From: an uncultured Flavobacterium sp.
GTDB lineage: Bacteria; Bacteroidota; Bacteroidia; Flavobacteriales; Flavobacteriaceae
Assembly: GCA_964485115.1 (NCBI GenBank)
Contig: CAZAHJ010000003.1
Coordinates: 3,229 to 67,228 of the forward strand
Length of the DNA: 64,000 nucleotides
Direction: 5' to 3'
In this document: positions 59,181-64,000 of the stretch, piece by piece
Layout of the letters: every line of letters starts with the position of its first letter
Position numbering within the stretch: position 1 is the first letter of the stretch
Notes under the pieces: model-generated
The model's input: the letters and a program-made list of their open reading frames with translations, nothing else
The model's database searches: none
What the model was told of the DNA's origin: nothing
Program-made: the position numbers and the translations under genes

Positions 59181-60041
59181 TTACTTCGTAACCAAAATCA
59201 GGGAAATTAAAGCTAAAATGAGACCAAGTACATTTGCTTTATTTAATTTTTCTCTAAATATTAAAACGCCTAACAAGGTAGTAAAAGCAACAATGCATAC
59301 ATTGTGAACAGTAAAAATGGTAGCACTTTTCCATGTAGGATGTTCTAGCATTTTTATCATATAATATAAAGAAAAGTAATTTGGAATACCTAAAACGATT
59401 CCGCCAAAAATACTTTTTCCTTGCCAACTAACTTTTCCTTGAATGGTTTGACCAACAACCAATAATAGTCCTGTGATTCCGGCAACCAAAAAAGTGCTAA
59501 TAGAAAAAATGCTCACTTCTTCTGGGGTTACATAATGATGTTGGATGATTTTTAGACTAGAATCAATGATTCCGGCTCCCACAAAAACCAAAATAGGATA
59601 CATCCACTGGTTGTTTACTGGCAAGACTCCCTGATTTTTTTTGGTGGTTAAATACACAGCTGCCAAAGCCAACAAGATGCCAATAATAGCCAAGATGCCT
59701 AAATTTTCTTTAAATAAAATTACTCCAGATAAAATTGGAATGACTACCGACATTTTAGAGGCAACAGAAGCCACTGCAATTCCATTAATTTGCGATGTTT
59801 TTGCCGTAACATAAAACACACTAATAAATAAACTACCCAACAAAATGCTTGAAACAAACCAAGGTTTTTGTATTACTTCTGAAGGGAAGTACATCCAACC
59901 ACCCATCAAATTTCCTGCCAAAAAAGCGGTGAAATAATTCACAACTAAGGCATGAAAAGTGTTGATTTGGAATTTTCCAAACGACTTGAGCACCACAAAC
60001 AAAATGGAATTAAAAAATACACTAAGTAAAATAAATGTCAT
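59181..60041 (-). CDS. EamA/DMT family transporter
   Basis: About 10 TM helices. Start trimmed to ATG 60041..60039, which forms an ATGA overlap with the upstream stop. Confidence 0.7.
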   Translation of the reverse strand: MTFILLSVFFNSILFVVLKSFGKFQINTFHALVVNYFTAFLAGNLMGGWMYFPSEVIQKPWFVSSILLGSLFISVFYVTAKTSQINGIAVASVASKMSVVIPILSGVILFKENLGILAIIGILLALAAVYLTTKKNQGVLPVNNQWMYPILVFVGAGIIDSSLKIIQHHYVTPEEVSIFSISTFLVAGITGLLLVVGQTIQGKVSWQGKSIFGGIVLGIPNYFSLYYMIKMLEHPTWKSATIFTVHNVCIVAFTTLLGVLIFREKLNKANVLGLILALISLILVTK

Positions 60042-60649
60042 AATTGCGGGAATTTTTGAAACAAATCTACCACATCTTCTTTGCCCACTTGTAAATGCCA
60101 AGTATGTATACCGAGTTGTTTGGCACTTTGTATGTTTTCTGACTTGTCATCTACAAACAATGTTTCGTTGGCTTTTGCATTTATTTGTTGTAAAACGGTT
60201 TGGTAAATTTCAGTATCTGGTTTGCGTTGGTACATTTCAAATGAATAGAAAACTTTGCTAAAACAAGCAAAAAATCTATCGACCAAATTTTTAGGATACG
60301 TACTCATCACATGATGAATATGGGTTGCATCGGTATTGCTTAGAAGATATACTGGATATTTTTTTACCAATTCTTCTAAAAAAACAATCCGATATTCCGG
60401 TATCTGACCTAGTAAACTATTCCATGCTGTTTTTATGGCATCCAAATTCACCAATGCAACAGGTTGGGATAATTGTTGTAAGCTGGTTAGAAAAAAATCT
60501 TCGGTAACTAGTCCTTTTTCGTATTGTTGGTTGATGGCTTTCATTTCTTCTGTCCATTCAGTAAAACCTAAAGCAGCAAAGGAAGCTTTGGCTTTTTCGT
60601 AGTTCAAATCGAGAAAAACATCACCAAAATCAAAAATAATTTGCTTCAT
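60038..60649 (-). CDS. HAD-superfamily phosphatase
   Basis: Motif I IFDFGDVFLDL, LLSNT, FVDDKSENI. Confidence 0.75.
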   Translation of the reverse strand: MKQIIFDFGDVFLDLNYEKAKASFAALGFTEWTEEMKAINQQYEKGLVTEDFFLTSLQQLSQPVALVNLDAIKTAWNSLLGQIPEYRIVFLEELVKKYPVYLLSNTDATHIHHVMSTYPKNLVDRFFACFSKVFYSFEMYQRKPDTEIYQTVLQQINAKANETLFVDDKSENIQSAKQLGIHTWHLQVGKEDVVDLFQKFPQL

Positions 60650-61694
60650 GTTTTAAGTGCAGGTATTGGTTATATTGGTCGTGTGTGATTTTTTCTTCAA
60701 AAATCATTTTGTTGTCTTTCAAAATAGGAGCTAAAACTCCTTTTTGTAGTGTTTTAGGAGCGGTAAATACTCTTGCTTCATCCCATAAGCCTTCGTTAAT
60801 CAAACTTTGTAAAGTAAAAGCTCCACCTTCAACAACCAAAGATTGGATGTTGCATTGGTACAAGTAATCCATCACTTGTGGCCAAAAAGCTTGGTTTTGG
60901 TTTATGATTAATTGGTTTACCCATTTGGGCACATGCTTATTTTCAGTGTAAGTAAACACATAAGTTGGTGCTTCTTCTGAAAAAATTTCACTTTTTATAG
61001 GAATTTTATGATGCAAATCAATCACCAATCGAATAGGATTGTTTCCTTTCCAATTGCGATTGGTCAAACTTGGATTGTCTTTCAAAACGGTTTGGGTACC
61101 TACCAAAATGGCCATTTCTTCGCTTCGCCATTGGTGGACTCTTTGTTGCGAAAATTCGTTGCTAATCCAAAAAGGAGTTTTATTTTCTTGGATTTCCGGA
61201 GCAATAAAACCATCTGCAGTTTGTGCCCATTTTAAAATAATCCAAGGTCTTTTTTGTTGATAAAATGTAAAAAATCTTCGGTTAAGCCATTTTCCTTCTT
61301 TTTCTAAAATTTCTACATCTACTTGTTTGCCTAAAGCCCTTAATTTTTCAATACTCTTTCCGGCAACGGCATCAAAGGGGTCTACATTAGCAATCACTAC
61401 ATGCGGAATTTGGTGATGTAAAATTAAATCACAGCAAGGTGGTGTTTTTCCAAAATGGGCACAGGGTTCTAAATTGACGTAAATGGTTGATTTTTGTAAC
61501 AATTCCGATTGTTTCACCGAGTTGATGGCATGCACCTCTGCATGAGGGGTACCTGCTTTTTGGTGCCAACCTTCTCCAATAATTTGATCTTTACACACCA
61601 CCACGCTACCAACTAATGGATTTGGGTAGGTTTTTCCCAAACCACTTGCTGCCAAGCTAAGGCATCGAAGCATATATTTTTCATGGCTTTTCAC
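60630..61694 (-). CDS. ribD: Bifunctional riboflavin biosynthesis deaminase/reductase RibD
   Basis: YMLRCLSLA, HAEVHAI, PCAHFGKTPPC, and a C-terminal reductase domain. Start is GTG 61694 or ATG 61673 (ambiguous). Confidence 0.92.
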   Translation of the reverse strand: MKSHEKYMLRCLSLAASGLGKTYPNPLVGSVVVCKDQIIGEGWHQKAGTPHAEVHAINSVKQSELLQKSTIYVNLEPCAHFGKTPPCCDLILHHQIPHVVIANVDPFDAVAGKSIEKLRALGKQVDVEILEKEGKWLNRRFFTFYQQKRPWIILKWAQTADGFIAPEIQENKTPFWISNEFSQQRVHQWRSEEMAILVGTQTVLKDNPSLTNRNWKGNNPIRLVIDLHHKIPIKSEIFSEEAPTYVFTYTENKHVPKWVNQLIINQNQAFWPQVMDYLYQCNIQSLVVEGGAFTLQSLINEGLWDEARVFTAPKTLQKGVLAPILKDNKMIFEEKITHDQYNQYLHLKHEANYF

Positions 61695-61698
61695 ATTG

Positions 61699-61706
61699 CA
61701 AAAATA
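61699..61706 (-). promoter_or_regulatory. Candidate -7 box (TATTTTTG) for ribD
   Basis: TAnnTTTG match 4 nt before GTG 61694 (25 nt before ATG 61673). Confidence 0.4.
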
Positions 61707-61722
61707 CCATTAAATTAGCCAA

Positions 61723-62208
61723 ATGGAAATGTTTATTATTCGAGAAATTCAACCAAAAGACAATCAGCAAATTGCATCGGTGATACGTTCGGTTTTAGTA
61801 GAACACAACGTGCCAAAAGTCGGCACGGCATATGCAGATGTTTCATTGGACCAAATGTTTGAAACCTATCAAACAGAAAAAGCCCAATATTTTGTGATAG
61901 AATACCAAAACCAATTGGTGGGAGGTGCAGGTGTTGCTCCATTAGAAAATGGATTGGAAGGCATTTGCGAATTGCAAAAAATGTACTTTTTACCCATTGC
62001 AAGAGGTAAAGGGCAGGGGAGTGCTATGATGCAAACTTGTTTGGATTTTGCCAAAAGAGCAGGTTACCAACAGGTATATTTAGAAACCATGCCCAATATG
62101 TTAGATGCCCAAAAAATGTATCAAAAGTTTGGGTTTACTTACATTGATGCACCCATGGGATGTACAGGGCATACTTCGTGTCCGGTTTGGATGTTGTTAA
62201 AGTTTTAA
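61723..62208 (+). CDS. GNAT family N-acetyltransferase
   Basis: LQKMYFLPIARGKGQGSAMM acetyl-CoA binding motif. Confidence 0.8.
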   Translation: MEMFIIREIQPKDNQQIASVIRSVLVEHNVPKVGTAYADVSLDQMFETYQTEKAQYFVIEYQNQLVGGAGVAPLENGLEGICELQKMYFLPIARGKGQGSAMMQTCLDFAKRAGYQQVYLETMPNMLDAQKMYQKFGFTYIDAPMGCTGHTSCPVWMLLKF

Positions 62209-62224
62209 TCAAAAACCAACATTG

Positions 62225-63076
62225 ATGACCAACCAAGCATTATTAAAACAATTTTTAAACACTTTACTTCCTGTTTGGAAAGAGGAAGAGGAAGTGTATG
62301 GTATGTTTTGGTGGGCTTGGCAAGAAATTTCCCAAAGCAAACGAAGTGCTTTTTTTCTTCAAAAAACACAAGAAGTATCTACAGAAGATAGTACCGTTTG
62401 GGAGAAGTTATTGATTCATTTACAAGAAAGAAAACCCATCCAATACTTTTTTGGGAAACAGTATTTTTTTGGAGAAGCTTTTCAGGTGAATTCTAATACT
62501 TTGATTCCTCGTTCAGAAACGGAAGAATTGGTAGAATGGATGTTGGAAGTTTTGCCTAAAGCAGAACCAATGGAAATTTTAGACATCGGAACAGGAACCG
62601 GATGTATTGCCATTACCTTGGCTAAAGAATTGCCAATCGCAAAAATTACTGCGATAGACGTTTCTGAAAGAGCTTTAGAAGTTGCAAAAAACAATGCTAA
62701 GTCGCATCAAGTTTTGGTTGATTTTTTGCAGAAAGATATTTTAAAAGAAGAAATTTCTGAAAAAACTTGGAAAGCTATTGTTTCCAATCCTCCTTATGTG
62801 AGAGAATTAGAAAAGGCTACCTTATTGCCTCATGTATTGCAAGAAGAGCCTGGCTTGGCATTGTTTGTTTCAGATGAAGATCCGTTACTATTTTATCGAG
62901 AAATTGCCCAAAAAGCTTGGAAAAACTTGAGTTCGGGTGGACATCTTTTTTATGAAATAAACCAATATTTGGGTAAAGAAATTTTTGATTTGTTACGAGA
63001 TATGGGGTACCAAAACATCCAACTTCGGAAAGATTTAAAGGGCAATGATCGGATGATACATGCCACGAAACCTTAA
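62225..63076 (+). CDS. prmC: Peptide chain release factor N5-glutamine methyltransferase
   Basis: LIPRSETE, LDIGTGTGCI, VSNPPYV motifs. ATG 62225 is preferred over TTG 62222. Confidence 0.88.
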   Translation: MTNQALLKQFLNTLLPVWKEEEEVYGMFWWAWQEISQSKRSAFFLQKTQEVSTEDSTVWEKLLIHLQERKPIQYFFGKQYFFGEAFQVNSNTLIPRSETEELVEWMLEVLPKAEPMEILDIGTGTGCIAITLAKELPIAKITAIDVSERALEVAKNNAKSHQVLVDFLQKDILKEEISEKTWKAIVSNPPYVRELEKATLLPHVLQEEPGLALFVSDEDPLLFYREIAQKAWKNLSSGGHLFYEINQYLGKEIFDLLRDMGYQNIQLRKDLKGNDRMIHATKP

Positions 63077-63468
63077 TCGTTTTTCTTTTTTCCGTTCTTG
63101 TAAGCAACTTTACTCACTATTGGAGTTGGTTTTTTGGAATATACTTTTTTTGGAGTAGTGTTTGTTTTTGGAGCAACTGGTTTTTTCTCAGCTGTAGGTT
63201 TCATTTCTTTGCTCAATTGTAACAAAACTTCTCCAGGAACTTTTGGTTTTTCTTTGGTGCCTCTTAAAAATAGCACCAAGCCATTTAAAAAATTTCGTAG
63301 AATTTGGTCACCGCACTCTTTGTAATTCGGATGATCGGTATTTCTGAAAAAAGCACCTAATTCGGCTTTTGAAATTCTAAAATCTACCAATTCTAAAATT
63401 TCTACTATTTGGTCGTCACGTAGTTGCAAAGCGACACGTAACTTTTTAAAAATATCATTGTTGTTCAT
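63073..63468 (-). CDS. DUF1456 family protein
   Basis: MNNNDIFKKLRVALQLRDDQIVEIL... repeat pattern of DUF1456. ATG 63468 is preferred because a TACCTTTG box sits inside the TTG-extended ORF. Confidence 0.7.
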   Translation of the reverse strand: MNNNDIFKKLRVALQLRDDQIVEILELVDFRISKAELGAFFRNTDHPNYKECGDQILRNFLNGLVLFLRGTKEKPKVPGEVLLQLSKEMKPTAEKKPVAPKTNTTPKKVYSKKPTPIVSKVAYKNGKKKND

Positions 63469-63472
63469 GTCA

Positions 63473-63480
63473 CAAAGGTA
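63473..63480 (-). promoter_or_regulatory. Candidate -7 box (TACCTTTG) for the DUF1456 gene
   Basis: TAnnTTTG match 4 nt before ATG 63468. Confidence 0.4.
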
Positions 63481-63893
63481 CACAAATGTTGATTGTAAAG
63501 TGTACAAAACCTAACACATAGAATATTTTCTTTTACATCTTTTCAATAAATCATGTAAGATTAGTTTTCCTTTCTAAAATCATCTTTTAAACCTAAATCA
63601 GTTAGTAGTGAATGGTTAACTAGCACTATTTAAGCATTAAATTTTTAAGGATAATAATTTATTACATTATATGCTTGTTATTTATTTCTAATTAAATAGG
63701 TTTCCAGTATTTGATAATTTTATAAAATAAGTTTTTCCAGCAATTGTAAATATATCTAAGTTACACATATTTCATAGTCTGTGATTTAGAATTTCTTAAA
63801 GAAATTACCAATAACTATATCTACTTGCAATAACATAAAGAATAGTTGTAAAAGGTTTAAAATGATTGATTTGTTTTACACATATGTTTTACA

Positions 63894-63933
63894 CAAAAAA
63901 ATAAGCCTAACAATATCTATTAGTTAGGCTTAT
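63894..63933 (-). terminator. Intrinsic terminator of the tmRNA gene
   Basis: Perfect 11-bp stem ATAAGCCTAAC (63901-63911) / GTTAGGCTTAT (63923-63933) with an 11-nt loop. On the minus strand it is followed by a U6-7 tract (63894-63900). Confidence 0.8.
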
Positions 63934-63939
63934 TTATTG

Positions 63940-64000
63940 TGGAGTCGCCGAGAATCGAACTCGGGTCCAAACGAGCAATCAAAGAGCTTTCTACGCGTTT
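63940..64000 (-). ncRNA. ssrA: Probable tmRNA (ssrA), 3'-terminal ~60 nt; gene continues past the window end
   Basis: The reverse complement reads ...GCGTAGAAAGCTCTTTGATTGCTCGTTTGGAC-CCGAG-TTCGATT-CTCGG-CGACTCC-A. That is a T-arm plus acceptor 3' strand with U at the position pairing with G3 (Ala identity). The preceding ...GUAG...UUUGGAC parallels the E. coli ssrA 3' end (...UUUCGGACGCGGGUUCAACUCCCGCCAGCUCCA). A class I tRNA fold fails because the anticodon stem does not pair. CCA is not encoded. Confidence 0.55.

Noticed and set aside
61695-61722. FMN riboswitch upstream of ribD
   Set aside because: Only 28 nt separate ribD from the divergent GNAT gene, far too short for an FMN element.
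63940-64000. Reading the terminal RNA fragment as an ordinary tRNA
   Set aside because: With a 5-nt variable loop, the putative anticodon stem (CTCTT/TCGTT) does not pair. No stem is visible for a class II variable arm. The sequence context fits the tmRNA 3' domain better. The fragment is still too short for certainty.

Overview
AT-rich, very densely coding chromosomal segment that looks like core genome of a Bacteroidota (Flavobacteriia-like) bacterium. Supporting observations: a T9SS C-terminal sorting domain, TAnnTTTG '-7' promoter boxes with no Shine-Dalgarno sequences, a long LepB, a fused E1 alpha/beta dehydrogenase, and a DUF5683-parB-parA / dapB-lepB neighbourhood. I call about 64 protein genes. 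Most are housekeeping: icd (partial), trmD, htpG, hisS, fabH, hemL, hutU, uvrA, murB, recF, lepB, dapB, parAB, ribD and prmC. The only RNA gene I can support is the 3' end of a probable tmRNA at the right edge, with its intrinsic terminator. I see no rRNA, complete tRNA, CRISPR array, transposase, integrase or recognisable defence genes. All protein calls rest on motif and family recognition by eye from the supplied translations; no homology search was possible. Items worth a second look, in rough order of interest: (1) an 86-bp dyad-symmetric array of eight 10-bp-phased C(A/T)CAAAG heptamers in front of a GxxExxY gene (53670-53755); (2) a five-gene, translationally coupled operon of a DUF2089 regulator, three unknown membrane proteins and a secreted hydrolase (32984-35808); (3) a MacB-type ABC system with a His-rich periplasmic loop and a DUF3299-like partner (1997-4472); (4) a 939-aa exported protein that looks like a catalytically dead M1-peptidase module joined to an outer-membrane barrel, preceded by 410 bp of non-coding DNA; (5) tandem TIGR03643-like paralogues behind alkB. 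I could not identify a clear-cut novel multi-gene 'system'. The candidates above are hypotheses.
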